Of a DNA stretch of 47,070 nt, positions 10,268 through 19,946 are shown piece after piece. Every line of letters begins with the position of its first letter. Position 1 is the first letter of the stretch. The stretch lies in the IMG/VR virus record IMGVR_UViG_3300027909_000011, positions 1-47,070 of that record; one strand, 5' to 3'. The notes beneath the pieces were generated by a model. It had not been told where the DNA came from, did not search any database, and saw nothing but the letters and a program-made list of their open reading frames with translations. Position numbers and translations under genes: made by a program. The DNA comes from a virus.

Positions 10268-12255
10268 TATACAAACTCGCGGTCACGTAATGAACCCGCA
10301 GGTACTAATTGTACATCATAAAACGCCCATTCCAGGTCTGCTAATGAACGTCCCGATAATCCTGTCTGAGCCTGCCAGTAGACTCGTTGATGATCACTAA
10401 TACTAAAGGAACTAGCAGGAGCCAGACCACTCAACCCTGCATAGTAACTACGCATGAGGTCTGAGATTGTTCCTTGTTGTCCAGTTAGAATCTGTAACTT
10501 GGCGAGTTGCAGATCAGCAATACTCATTATACCTCCCGGCTGCACGCCACCCAAAACCACGTTTTCTGCGACCATACTCAAGAATGCATTATCAATGAAG
10601 ATATTATGAACTTGAGTAAGGTTAACATTGTCCGCAGTCATGGCTAGAACAGCATTAGCAATGATTAGATCGAGTTCCTGAGACAATGTTAAATTATCAG
10701 CAGTTACAGGAATATCAGCATTTTGAATAACTAAGATATGTTCCTGAGTAACATTTAAATTATCTGCTATCATAGCAATATCAGCATTTGAAATTGCTAA
10801 ATTAGCCTCAGTATTTAAAACAACATTCTCAGCAGATACACCTAAAGATGCATCTTGAATAACTAACTGGTGAACTTGAGTAAGGACAACATTTTCAGCA
10901 GAAACACCCAGAGAAGCATCGGCTACAGCCAATTGATGCTCTTGGGTTAGAACAACATTTTCTGCTGATACGCCTAAGGAAGCGTCTGCCGGTGCTAATG
11001 TAGGGGTGGTTACACCAAGGATTTCGATAGCATGACATCTAATAGCAGCGCCGCCAGCACCCGTAGTACCATAATTCCTAGTACCAGCAGCCTGTCCTAG
11101 CCAATAATGAGAGTTTTCTGTATAGTTAGCATCAGCAGAGTTTTCTACAGTATTTGCTCCACCAGGGGTTGGAGTTCCAACCGTTCCAGCATCAAAGTCA
11201 TAAGAAGCAAATCCTACGAAACTATTAGCATCTGCTGCTATAGAGACGACTTGAGTACTAGATGAAGTATAAGAAGTCCCAATATTACCAGTACCACCAG
11301 TACTGGCACCAGGTACTTGTATTGCCCAGGCGTGCCAAGTACCAGGAGTTCCACCGGACCTAGTAAGTGTAATAGTTAATGTGTGACTTCCTGCGCCCGT
11401 AATTGGTACTTTATAAATACCTAACCAGTCATCATTTGTTCCACTAAGGTCTTCTGTTTCATTTACAACAGTACCGATAGACCCTGAGGAGGTAATGACA
11501 ACATCTGTGATATCATTAGAAGAACCGAACTGGTCGCCACCAGCAAACACCCAAACAGTATCTCCATTGGCTAATCCGGTAAGAGCAATAGTCTTAGGAT
11601 TGGCTGTACTTCTAGCAGATTCGACTAGTTGCTTGACATTTGGTCCGGCTTTAGGACAAACAATCTCAGCAAAAGCTAATTGGGCTGCACCTTGAGAACC
11701 ATTTGGACCATTAACCCAGAATTCTCCTCGACCTCCGGAGGCCATTGAGCCAGTACCACCCTGACCAGCGGCATCATCGATCCATAGAGTAATTCTAAGA
11801 CGGTCACCATCAGATAAGGTAGTATCAGTTACATTTGCAGCGGAAACAGAAATCGTATCAGCAGAGCCACCAGCAGTGGTGCCCATTTCAGCGGCACCAT
11901 GATTAACGGTTTCATCTACAATTGTTGATTGAACTGTACCATCACCAGAAGTTCTTTCAATTCTAATAGTGGGAGCAACATTGTTGGCTGTAGCATTCTC
12001 ACGATCCCATAATGAACAAGTAATAGCACCAGCAATAGTCACTCCCCATAACTCAGGAGTGTAGAACGATACTGCCGTTCCATCTGTTCCAGCGGCACCA
12101 TCCGTCATTTGCAATGGAGCAGTTGGGCCAGTAACACTGTTTTTATTGAGATGGGTTGCAGAAGCGCCAGGTGTAAAGTCCGCTTTCCACTTTGTACCTG
12201 AGCCTGCTGTTACACCCGAATCTGCGGCAGCAGAGGTAAGATAGATATTCGACAT
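10252..12255 (-). CDS. Tail fibre / spike-like protein with C-terminal 22-aa tandem repeats
   Basis: 667-aa ORF rich in G/T/S/A. Residues about 423-570 are 6.7 tandem copies of a 22-aa unit (ADASLGVSAENVVLTQEHQLAV...). Confidence 0.6.
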   Translation of the reverse strand: MSNIYLTSAAADSGVTAGSGTKWKADFTPGASATHLNKNSVTGPTAPLQMTDGAAGTDGTAVSFYTPELWGVTIAGAITCSLWDRENATANNVAPTIRIERTSGDGTVQSTIVDETVNHGAAEMGTTAGGSADTISVSAANVTDTTLSDGDRLRITLWIDDAAGQGGTGSMASGGRGEFWVNGPNGSQGAAQLAFAEIVCPKAGPNVKQLVESARSTANPKTIALTGLANGDTVWVFAGGDQFGSSNDITDVVITSSGSIGTVVNETEDLSGTNDDWLGIYKVPITGAGSHTLTITLTRSGGTPGTWHAWAIQVPGASTGGTGNIGTSYTSSSTQVVSIAADANSFVGFASYDFDAGTVGTPTPGGANTVENSADANYTENSHYWLGQAAGTRNYGTTGAGGAAIRCHAIEILGVTTPTLAPADASLGVSAENVVLTQEHQLAVADASLGVSAENVVLTQVHQLVIQDASLGVSAENVVLNTEANLAISNADIAMIADNLNVTQEHILVIQNADIPVTADNLTLSQELDLIIANAVLAMTADNVNLTQVHNIFIDNAFLSMVAENVVLGGVQPGGIMSIADLQLAKLQILTGQQGTISDLMRSYYAGLSGLAPASSFSISDHQRVYWQAQTGLSGRSLADLEWAFYDVQLVPAGSLRDREFVYWNGL
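10546..10989 (-). repeat. Tandem repeat, 6.7 x 66 bp (22 aa) inside the fibre-like gene
   Basis: The first three units are nearly identical at DNA level, and later units diverge: ADASLGVSAENVVLTQEHQLAV / ADASLGVSAENVVLTQVHQLVI / QDASLGVSAENVVLNTEANLAI / SNADIAMIADNLNVTQEHILVI / QNADIPVTADNLTLSQELDLII / ANAVLAMTADNVNLTQVHNIFI / DNAFLSMVAENVVLGG. Confidence 0.9.
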
Positions 12256-12264
12256 ACCTACCCC

Positions 12265-12639
12265 TTATGTTGGATCGCCAGTCTCAATCTTCCACGCTGG
12301 GAAGTTAACAGTATTGGCAGCGGTTAGTGCCTGAGAAGTACAAGTGGTAACGAATCTAAGACTAGAATCAGCAGTTCTAATCAAGGCAATATGAGTAGCA
12401 GTACCAGAAGTATCAACTGTGACTCCATTCTTTGCAGCCATAGTAACTTTTCGACCACTGGTAGTCCCATCTGCTTTAGTATAATCAGTATCAGGAGTCA
12501 TGGCCGCATCGGCTAGAGCAAAGGTAGCATTGGCCTCAGTAAAAGTAGTTGGTTGAGCAGAGCAGGCAACCTGCTTATCGCACTGGTCAATTACATCAGC
12601 CGGTGCATCAAGAACAGCATCAGAGGCTGACTTAGCCAT
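12265..12639 (-). CDS. Hypothetical virion-module protein
   Basis: 124-aa ORF, T/A-rich, lying between the capsid and the fibre-like gene. Confidence 0.55.
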   Translation of the reverse strand: MAKSASDAVLDAPADVIDQCDKQVACSAQPTTFTEANATFALADAAMTPDTDYTKADGTTSGRKVTMAAKNGVTVDTSGTATHIALIRTADSSLRFVTTCTSQALTAANTVNFPAWKIETGDPT

Positions 12640-12856
12640 GACCAGGGCTCTCCGCTTCGTTCTTTAAAGTACTATTGTGGATATCTAATGTAACCTCACT
12701 AACCTGAGGCTTAGAAATGATTTCCTCATCATTAACTGGATCGGCCCAACCTACAGCACAGAAATAATATCCAAGGTGCTCCTGGACATCAACCTCGACA
12801 TCTTTTTCAAACTTATCCCTCTCATGGAGGAAAGTTTGATTAGGCTTAATACGCAT
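12632..12856 (-). CDS. Hypothetical protein (start revised to the internal ATG)
   Basis: The track ORF begins at a TTG inside the hairpin loop. ATG at 12856 is preceded by GGAGAA with a 4-nt spacer, giving MRIKPNQTF... (74 aa). Confidence 0.5.
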   Translation of the reverse strand: MRIKPNQTFLHERDKFEKDVEVDVQEHLGYYFCAVGWADPVNDEEIISKPQVSEVTLDIHNSTLKNEAESPGHG

Positions 12857-12872
12857 TTGATTCTCCAAATAC

Positions 12873-12911
12873 AATAGGGCTACAGGGCCACTCAAACCCT
12901 GTAGCCCTATT
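12873..12911 (-). terminator. 15-bp-stem hairpin downstream of the capsid gene (terminator/attenuator or processing site)
   Basis: AATAGGGCTACAGGG-ccactcaaa-CCCTGTAGCCCTATT. On the coding strand it is followed by GTATTTGG. The stem is built from an inverted pair of the GGCTACAGGG motif. Confidence 0.6.
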
Positions 12912-12927
12912 ATGAGGGGCAGATCGT

Positions 12928-14121
12928 TTAGCCTTCAATTAAGTCGTCAAGGAGACCATGAGAGTTACGACGGTGCGTACCAATCTCCGCGTACATAAAC
13001 ATCCGAGCCTCGTAGGCATCGAAGCCAATAACACGTTGCAGGTAAGAACCGTCTTCATCCATCCAACCCCAATCGTCTTCACGATAGAGCTTGATTTCCT
13101 TCTCATTAACAAACTTCATCTGGTTAAACGGCATATCCACGTCAATAACAACAGGAATATCACCATTATCGGTGGTGAAAGCAAGCCCCTTGAACCCGCC
13201 TTCAAATTCCTGAGTATTGACGAACCGACGATCAGTCTTCAACAGATTGAAGTAGGCACGCCGGACGCCGAGGTTAGAGAAAATAACGGTGGGAGCAGAA
13301 CCATTAACTCGAATGTCATCGGCAACCTTGATCATAAGGGCCTCAGTTAAAGCGCGGGGCGTACCACCGTTATTGTTAATAACGGATTTCCATACCGGCT
13401 CAACAGTCGGGTCAATGTTGTAAAGAGTACCTGTGTCCTTAATGATTGCTCCAAGACCGGTAACCTCTCGGTTAGTGTTACCAGTACGAACCACAACATC
13501 CGTGGCCACAATTGAAGCAGAACCATCAGCACCGTTATAAGTGACAACCTTGGTAGAAGTGTTAATAGCAGTAATTTGCCGGTTAGAGATACGAGTCGTA
13601 ACAAGAGTGATGTCCATGACATCAATCATCATTCCGACTTCGAGGTATTGAACAGTATTAACGGTAATGGTGTTAACACCATCAGCGGTTACCGAAGCAC
13701 GAACACCAGTACCAAATCCATAGAACTGGAAGTTAAGATCTTTAGCGAGGTCCCGCTTAAGTCCCTTAATTTCCTCATCAAGAGCCGAAGCAAAAGCCTG
13801 GTAGTTCTTATCAGCCAACTTCATAGTCTGGCCGGTAAGGTTAATACCACCGTACAGGTACTTTAGACCCACACGGGCGGCAGCAGTCTTTTGCTGACCC
13901 GGAGTCGGAAGGGCTTCGTTTTCATTTCGAGCACCGATACCGTGGTTACGACCGGTCCGAATTGGGAAAGTCACATAACGACCACCAACATCGTTAGTAA
14001 CACCTTCGGAAGTCTTCTCGATACGACGCATTCCGACGACGTCATAGTTTAGCTGGTCTTGCAGATCCTTTTCGTAAATTTCCTTAAGGATTGCGGAGAC
14101 CGTTGAAAGGGTGGCACCCAT
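12928..14121 (-). CDS. Major capsid protein
   Basis: 397-aa ORF immediately after the acidic scaffold-like ORF and the portal, with a strong hairpin downstream. The call rests on synteny and size (HK97-fold class expected). Confidence 0.75.
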   Translation of the reverse strand: MGATLSTVSAILKEIYEKDLQDQLNYDVVGMRRIEKTSEGVTNDVGGRYVTFPIRTGRNHGIGARNENEALPTPGQQKTAAARVGLKYLYGGINLTGQTMKLADKNYQAFASALDEEIKGLKRDLAKDLNFQFYGFGTGVRASVTADGVNTITVNTVQYLEVGMMIDVMDITLVTTRISNRQITAINTSTKVVTYNGADGSASIVATDVVVRTGNTNREVTGLGAIIKDTGTLYNIDPTVEPVWKSVINNNGGTPRALTEALMIKVADDIRVNGSAPTVIFSNLGVRRAYFNLLKTDRRFVNTQEFEGGFKGLAFTTDNGDIPVVIDVDMPFNQMKFVNEKEIKLYREDDWGWMDEDGSYLQRVIGFDAYEARMFMYAEIGTHRRNSHGLLDDLIEG

Positions 14122-14127
14122 CTGGTC

Positions 14128-14967
14128 TTATCCTCCTGGAGCATTAAGACGCGCAAGCGTTTCTGCAATTAATTTCCTGCGATCTTGGCCGGAGAGACCT
14201 GAAACCTGTACTTGCTGGGATGGAGTTCCACCGCCCCCGCCCATAATAACTGGCGCTGTTGAACCGGGGCTACGATGGTTTTGCACTACGTTATTGACGA
14301 AACTCTGATAAGCCTTAACAGCATCATCAATATTCTCGTCGTAATAGTGCATCCGCTGAACTACATAAGCCTCATCGAAATCACCATGCTGCTTTTTAGC
14401 GGCTGCAATTTCTGCATCCAACTCAGCCTCTGCCTTTTGCTGGGCTAATTCCTCTTGCTGAGCAACTGCATATTGTGCTACAGCCCGAGTCATATCGGCA
14501 TATTGCTGGAATCTTGGATCGGCTTCTAGATCAAACGGCTGTTGTCCATCACCAGGGTCGTATTGTTCACCGTCTCCCTGTGGGTCTTCCTGGCCCTGCT
14601 CCAATTCCAACTGGTAATAGTCCATTACATTTTGCACAAATGATGCGGGGTCCTGTTCCAGAGCCTGGAACACTAACATCGCATCATTAATTTGCTTCGG
14701 ATCAATCTTCTGATCCAAGAATGGCTTGTAACCAGCGTATTCAGAGTGTACCTTTTGAATACCTTGAGTATAGTTTTTATCCCACTGCTGCAACTCTGGG
14801 ATAATGAGCTTCTGCAAGTTTTGATCCGGAATCTTACCTAAAAGACCCTGCCATGCAGGATTTAACTTAGGCTCCTCGCCACCATCACCTTGTTGTTGAT
14901 GATCTTGAGGCTGGCCATTGCTAATTCCACCATCTTGGACAGGAGGATCAAAATTTGGCTGTGTCAT
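14128..14967 (-). CDS. Scaffolding protein
   Basis: 279-aa ORF, acidic and Q/D/E/P-rich, predicted helical, lying between the portal and capsid genes. Confidence 0.6.
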   Translation of the reverse strand: MTQPNFDPPVQDGGISNGQPQDHQQQGDGGEEPKLNPAWQGLLGKIPDQNLQKLIIPELQQWDKNYTQGIQKVHSEYAGYKPFLDQKIDPKQINDAMLVFQALEQDPASFVQNVMDYYQLELEQGQEDPQGDGEQYDPGDGQQPFDLEADPRFQQYADMTRAVAQYAVAQQEELAQQKAEAELDAEIAAAKKQHGDFDEAYVVQRMHYYDENIDDAVKAYQSFVNNVVQNHRSPGSTAPVIMGGGGGTPSQQVQVSGLSGQDRRKLIAETLARLNAPGG

Positions 14968-15035
14968 TTCTACTCTTCCTGAGGCTGTGCGGGTGCCCTG
15001 GCCTCTATTACTAGAATACGTGCTTAGTCAATACC

Positions 15036-17213
15036 CTACTCTGACTGTGACGTATCTTCTGGTATTGGATTAGGCCCCGGTGCGGCTCCTGGCTGAGTTG
15101 CTTGAGCCATTTCAGAACCAGGTGGCGCTTGCATTGGGGTATTTACATCAGTTGGAGGAGGCTGATTTCTTTGTTGCTCAGCAATACCAATCATCATTTC
15201 GGCTGTTGGCATTCCACCAATATGCGGGGCAGCAATAGATTCCATATGCTTCTGCACATGGACCTCAAACAGCAATTGCTTTGCAGGATCAAGTTGTTCA
15301 TAAGCCTGAGACTTACGGAACTTATTATGGATGTCAATATGAATAGCGTGATTATCAAATGTGTTGACTGGAATAACAGGTTCAGGCAACAGGGGCTTTC
15401 CAAATTCATCAACCTGAGGCATTGGTTCACCAGTCATTGGATCAGTAGGAAGTTCGAACATCTGCTCAATAAGGGCGTCATCCACATTCTGCATCTTAAG
15501 ATTTTCACGTCGAGCCTGAGCCTGATCAACCTGCACATTCTCGTACAATTTAACAATACCACCCATATCAAGGACTTGCATACCATCCTCAGGAGTGATA
15601 AAGCCCATCTTCATCCAGTCCGTAATTAATGCTTGCTTAGCGGCCTTAGAAGTTGGGAGAGCAGAACCAGCCTCAACACGAATATCTGTATTACCCTTAA
15701 GATCAGAACCTGCAAACATCGCAGCATCCCACGAACCATCAACACCAGTAATCTTGACAATTCTAGGAACATCCCAATACTGACCAATTAGTCCAAGGGA
15801 TTGACGGGCAACCTTTTCAATTCCAGCCTCAATTGAATCAACTTCGTGCGACAGCATAGAATCATCTTGCTCTTGGAGATAACTAATGGCTGTAGCCGCA
15901 GTAACACCAGGAGGAACTGATCCGCGAGTAACTTCATGCTGCCCTGAAAGATCATCAAAATCAGCAGTTAATTGCTGAACTTCATTAAGAACGTAGTTGG
16001 GGAGGGGAACTAAAGGAATAGGTTGCGGAGGTTGGAATCCCATCTTATAAGGAATCCATTGTCCCGGCTCGGTAGTAACCTTTTGGGGATCAGTTGAACC
16101 CATCTGGTAAATCATCTGAGGCTTAGCCATACGATTCTTGGCTTCAACAATTTGTGAACGAGTCCTATTGTATTCCCTTTGGATAGGGATAAGGTCCTCA
16201 ATTACAGATGTAGCATAGTATTTACCAGCAGGAATATGATCAAACTTAGAAATACAATATTCCCCATGCTCATAAGGGAACACAGGATAAAATTGAATAA
16301 TTTGCTCACCCGTCATGGTGACTACGCCACCCTCAGGGAAGTCCTTTAGACCACCAGGCTTAATCCACAACTCATGTACCAGGACTGAGTCATTATCCTG
16401 AGATGATCCCCCCACCAAATTAAGGAAAGCATCATTTAAAATCTCGTTCGCGCCCTTAGTATTTGGCTGGATAACTTGCCCATCCAGAGACTTCGGATAG
16501 TTTAACATCAGCCAGTCGGGAGTATGGGTCGCTGAGTGAATAATATAGGGCTGATCCTCAATTTGCGTTTCTCTTAGATCAGGAACATTAACATGAAAAG
16601 GAGTCAATGGTTTATAACAAATATCGCCTTCATAAGCAGCATCAGGTGCTGGTGTTGATACTTTGTAGTTATCCCAATACGTTTTCACATATCCGGTACC
16701 ACAAACTAACATCCACCATACAGCTTCTTTGAATACAGTATGAAGATTCTTGTCGTAATATAAAGATTCCCAGATTTGTTCACCAGCATTAGCGGCGAAC
16801 ATATCTTCATCTTCTGACGAAGCAGGAACAATACTAGCACTAGGCTTCTGAGACGTTAACTTAGCAAGTTCTCGGCGAATAATAGGACGAACCCTATTAA
16901 CTACCATACGAACACGCCAAGGAGGGGCAGGAGGAACGATTAAACGATTCCCAATGCCCCTAATATTTTGTGGTACAACATTTTGCTTCCCGAAATAGAA
17001 AGCCATATTCATATACCACTGCCGCTCGAATTGTGACCGAGCAGTCTTCATTTTATTATATAGCGTGTTAACAAGACTAGCCAGTTCTTCTGCCTGGCTA
17101 GTCGTTAACTTAACGCTTTCTAACGGATTAGTCGAAGGAAGGACCAAAGAGCCTGAGGGCTGCTTCGCCGTCTGGGTCAAAAGCTTCTTCCCCGATTCCG
17201 ATACTAGACTCAT
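15036..17213 (-). CDS. Portal protein
   Basis: 725-aa ORF upstream of scaffold and capsid. The N-terminal region QFERQWYMNMAFYFGKQNV resembles podoviral portal N-termini. The C-terminus is acidic and Pro-rich. Confidence 0.75.
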   Translation of the reverse strand: MSLVSESGKKLLTQTAKQPSGSLVLPSTNPLESVKLTTSQAEELASLVNTLYNKMKTARSQFERQWYMNMAFYFGKQNVVPQNIRGIGNRLIVPPAPPWRVRMVVNRVRPIIRRELAKLTSQKPSASIVPASSEDEDMFAANAGEQIWESLYYDKNLHTVFKEAVWWMLVCGTGYVKTYWDNYKVSTPAPDAAYEGDICYKPLTPFHVNVPDLRETQIEDQPYIIHSATHTPDWLMLNYPKSLDGQVIQPNTKGANEILNDAFLNLVGGSSQDNDSVLVHELWIKPGGLKDFPEGGVVTMTGEQIIQFYPVFPYEHGEYCISKFDHIPAGKYYATSVIEDLIPIQREYNRTRSQIVEAKNRMAKPQMIYQMGSTDPQKVTTEPGQWIPYKMGFQPPQPIPLVPLPNYVLNEVQQLTADFDDLSGQHEVTRGSVPPGVTAATAISYLQEQDDSMLSHEVDSIEAGIEKVARQSLGLIGQYWDVPRIVKITGVDGSWDAAMFAGSDLKGNTDIRVEAGSALPTSKAAKQALITDWMKMGFITPEDGMQVLDMGGIVKLYENVQVDQAQARRENLKMQNVDDALIEQMFELPTDPMTGEPMPQVDEFGKPLLPEPVIPVNTFDNHAIHIDIHNKFRKSQAYEQLDPAKQLLFEVHVQKHMESIAAPHIGGMPTAEMMIGIAEQQRNQPPPTDVNTPMQAPPGSEMAQATQPGAAPGPNPIPEDTSQSE

Positions 17214-17263
17214 GTGCCTGTGCCCATCTTTGTGCTTCGTCTAGGTCGGACATACTCGGGATT

Positions 17264-17791
17264 TCAGATTGAAAGCCCGTCTGATTTGCGTTTTCTAGTA
17301 TTTGATACGCTAGAGGGTCCTTGCTCGCTAGGAGCAACGACTGCTTGATCAATAAGTTCCTCAATAGATGGTTCGTCTGGATTATCGGGGCTTGACTCTC
17401 CCGATGCATCCGAAATAGAAGTAGTAGCGACATTGATAATATCGTCAGAAGAACTAATACCAAGCAGGCCAGTAGCGCGGAGTTTGGCGATAGCATCATC
17501 TAATGCTGCTTCCTTAACTCGGAAGTTTAAAATATGCTCTCTGAGTTGATCATTCTCGCGCTCAAGAGCCTCAGATTGTTCAGGAGTTAAACAACCCAGG
17601 GTATTTGCAGCCTGAGTAAAGCAGAAGGTGCAGAAATAAACCACACCATAGAACTCAATATCCCAATCAAGATCGACATATTGACGATCATCACTTCTAG
17701 CAGCACCACAAACTACACAAACACCCGGCAGCATACGCGGAGCCTCTAGAACGCGAATTCTAGAGGTCTCCGGGTTTCTAACAAGAGGCAT
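17264..17791 (-). CDS. Zinc-ribbon plus coiled-coil protein, unknown function
   Basis: 175-aa ORF with CVVCG...(26 aa)...CTFC, followed by a helical segment and an acidic, Ser-rich tail. It lies between terL and the portal gene. Confidence 0.55.
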   Translation of the reverse strand: MPLVRNPETSRIRVLEAPRMLPGVCVVCGAARSDDRQYVDLDWDIEFYGVVYFCTFCFTQAANTLGCLTPEQSEALERENDQLREHILNFRVKEAALDDAIAKLRATGLLGISSSDDIINVATTSISDASGESSPDNPDEPSIEELIDQAVVAPSEQGPSSVSNTRKRKSDGLSI

Positions 17792-17793
17792 CT

Positions 17794-18339
17794 CTACTTA
17801 TTCACATACTGAATAGTAGTGCGAGCCTTACCGCGCTCGGTATCGGAAGTATATCCAGAAGTATCCTCTACTCCACCATGCTCCGAAAGAGACTTCGCAG
17901 CAGCAAGAGCATTAACCTTCTGCATATCATTATCCCATGCGGCCTGCTTAGGATCAGGCTTGGTGTGCTCAGAATTAGTCGTATCCACCATTACAGTCTG
18001 GACCGGCTCATTCTTAATCTCTACCTCATCAGAGAAATGAGACTTATCAACATCAGTCTCACGGAGGTATTGCTTAGGAACGAGTAAGGTCCCCGCTGTA
18101 GCCGGAGGATTATCTAAATCCGGCTCACGATCCTCAACTTCTGCACGCCACTCTTCGGCAGCCTTCATTTGCAAATCATCAGCATAAGGTCCACCCGTAC
18201 GCGGAACCTTTCCATGACTCGCATTATAAAGGTCTAATTCCTCTTCGTGCTTTTCCTCGTCAGTACCAGACTCTTCCTCAGTACCAGTACCCTCGACAGG
18301 CTCATCATCCAGCACGGTCTCGTCAGGACTCTCAGACAT
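17794..18339 (-). CDS. Highly acidic protein, unknown function
   Basis: 181-aa ORF. The first about 80 residues are very D/E-rich (MSESPDETVLDDEPVEGTGTEEESGTDEEKHEEE...). ATG is preceded by GAAAGGTG and by two GGCTACAGGG motif copies. Confidence 0.6.
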   Translation of the reverse strand: MSESPDETVLDDEPVEGTGTEEESGTDEEKHEEELDLYNASHGKVPRTGGPYADDLQMKAAEEWRAEVEDREPDLDNPPATAGTLLVPKQYLRETDVDKSHFSDEVEIKNEPVQTVMVDTTNSEHTKPDPKQAAWDNDMQKVNALAAAKSLSEHGGVEDTSGYTSDTERGKARTTIQYVNK

Positions 18340-18392
18340 TGTTCACCTTTCGGCTACAGGGGGCTTAACTACTAGGCTACAGGGCGAGTCAA

Positions 18393-19946
18393 CTACCATT
18401 CTCCACCCATATACTCATCAGGATTTGTGATAAACCATCCATTGGGATCAACTTTGGTATTTGCCTTGAGAAGTCTTTTATCAATTACTGGATGACGATT
18501 AGGACTAAGCAAATCAACCCCGACCGCCGGTAGAAGATGGGTCTCGACCTTTACCTCTGGGATACTCAAAGGAGTCAGGTCAGGCATAACAGTAAAGAAG
18601 TATCGGAGGTCGTCCATAGCGTGATCATCTTTTTTATGCGGAACATCGTATGGATTGTTATCCCGTTGTGATTTCTGATTAGACCAGGTCTTCCATCGAT
18701 ACTTTGGTGCCTCACGGATTAAGTTATCACAGTTGGCGGTCACATGCCATCGAGGAGGACGATCCTCACGGTAATCCATATAGGCGTTTACCTTGTTAAT
18801 ACCGGTGACTACATCATTAACCCCAGCAGCTAATTCGATTCCATGCATCATGTATTCGGCTTGAACTGAGGTACCAGTAACGGGATTACGCTGTGCTAAT
18901 GCAGGATCGCATACTCGCATAACAGGTACGCGGCCACCAAAGGACTGTTCAATAAGCTTAACTTGAGTTGCATGCTCAGCAATAACCATTTCTCGTTCGT
19001 AGTGCTCCATGAAGGTAATAACTTCTCCATCAGGAGACACGAGATGCCAATGCCAAGAGGTAGGATTATTAAAACCATGATCAACAGACGCATAAATATC
19101 CCAGCCTTGGGGCAATTCAGTTAATGGTGGAATTACATGAACCCCAGTATTAAATTTTTTGTAGATAACTCCACCCCGCCGAATGAACTGCCCACTGATA
19201 CGAGCAACTCGATCATCCTCGGGTAAGGAGTTAACGAAATCTTGAATTTCGGATTTCCCAATGTAGGGATTGTCCCAAATAGATACTTCGATGGTTTGGA
19301 TATCACTATCAACGGAACTGATTGAGGGTAGGTAAATATCATCATACATCCATTGCATTCCGAGAACGGGAGTTAATGTCATCCACCAAGAACCACCCGT
19401 ATCGACCAGTCGGGCGATACATTCGATATAGATGTCAAGAGGGGGTTCCTCGTCAAAATGTACAAAATGCCGAGATGTCCCTGCAAATTTTTGAACGTCT
19501 TGTTCATAGGACATAAATTCAACAAACGAGCCGTTTTCGAAGTAAAGGGTTCTTGGCTGGACGTCGTACGCAGAATACCACGAACCTCCCCGCAAGTAGC
19601 TTGGTGGACACCAACGCTGGAATTCTGGAATGATGATTTTGTCAATACCATCGTTAAAGTCAACACCTACGACACGTCCCCTCACAGGAGGTTCGGGCGT
19701 TTTAATATGCTTCTGAGTTCCTTGTAACCAATCGATATCTTCGACAACTCCACCGGTTGTCTTTCCACTACGGTTACCACCAATATAGAGACGCTTCTTT
19801 TTAGGAGAAGTGTGGAATTTTATCTGCTTCTCGTGCGGTACATAACCTAAAATATTAGGGCGGGATGCTTGTATCTGCAACTTCTCTTGAAGTTGCAGAA
19901 TTAAATCATTTGCTGTGAGTTCTGGTTCTCTACTTTTACGAGGCAT
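18393..19946 (-). CDS. terL: Terminase large subunit
   Basis: 517-aa ORF with Walker A GGNRSGKT, Walker B-like HFVHFDEEP, and a C-terminal nuclease-like region (ASVDHGFNNPTSWHW...HAMDDLRY). Confidence 0.9.
   Translation of the reverse strand: MPRKSREPELTANDLILQLQEKLQIQASRPNILGYVPHEKQIKFHTSPKKKRLYIGGNRSGKTTGGVVEDIDWLQGTQKHIKTPEPPVRGRVVGVDFNDGIDKIIIPEFQRWCPPSYLRGGSWYSAYDVQPRTLYFENGSFVEFMSYEQDVQKFAGTSRHFVHFDEEPPLDIYIECIARLVDTGGSWWMTLTPVLGMQWMYDDIYLPSISSVDSDIQTIEVSIWDNPYIGKSEIQDFVNSLPEDDRVARISGQFIRRGGVIYKKFNTGVHVIPPLTELPQGWDIYASVDHGFNNPTSWHWHLVSPDGEVITFMEHYEREMVIAEHATQVKLIEQSFGGRVPVMRVCDPALAQRNPVTGTSVQAEYMMHGIELAAGVNDVVTGINKVNAYMDYREDRPPRWHVTANCDNLIREAPKYRWKTWSNQKSQRDNNPYDVPHKKDDHAMDDLRYFFTVMPDLTPLSIPEVKVETHLLPAVGVDLLSPNRHPVIDKRLLKANTKVDPNGWFITNPDEYMGGEW

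Noticed and set aside
14968-15035. A possible internal promoter (TTGACT ... TAATAG on the minus strand) between the portal and scaffold genes.
   Set aside because: The spacer is only 15 nt and the -10 box is poor, so it is not convincing by eye.
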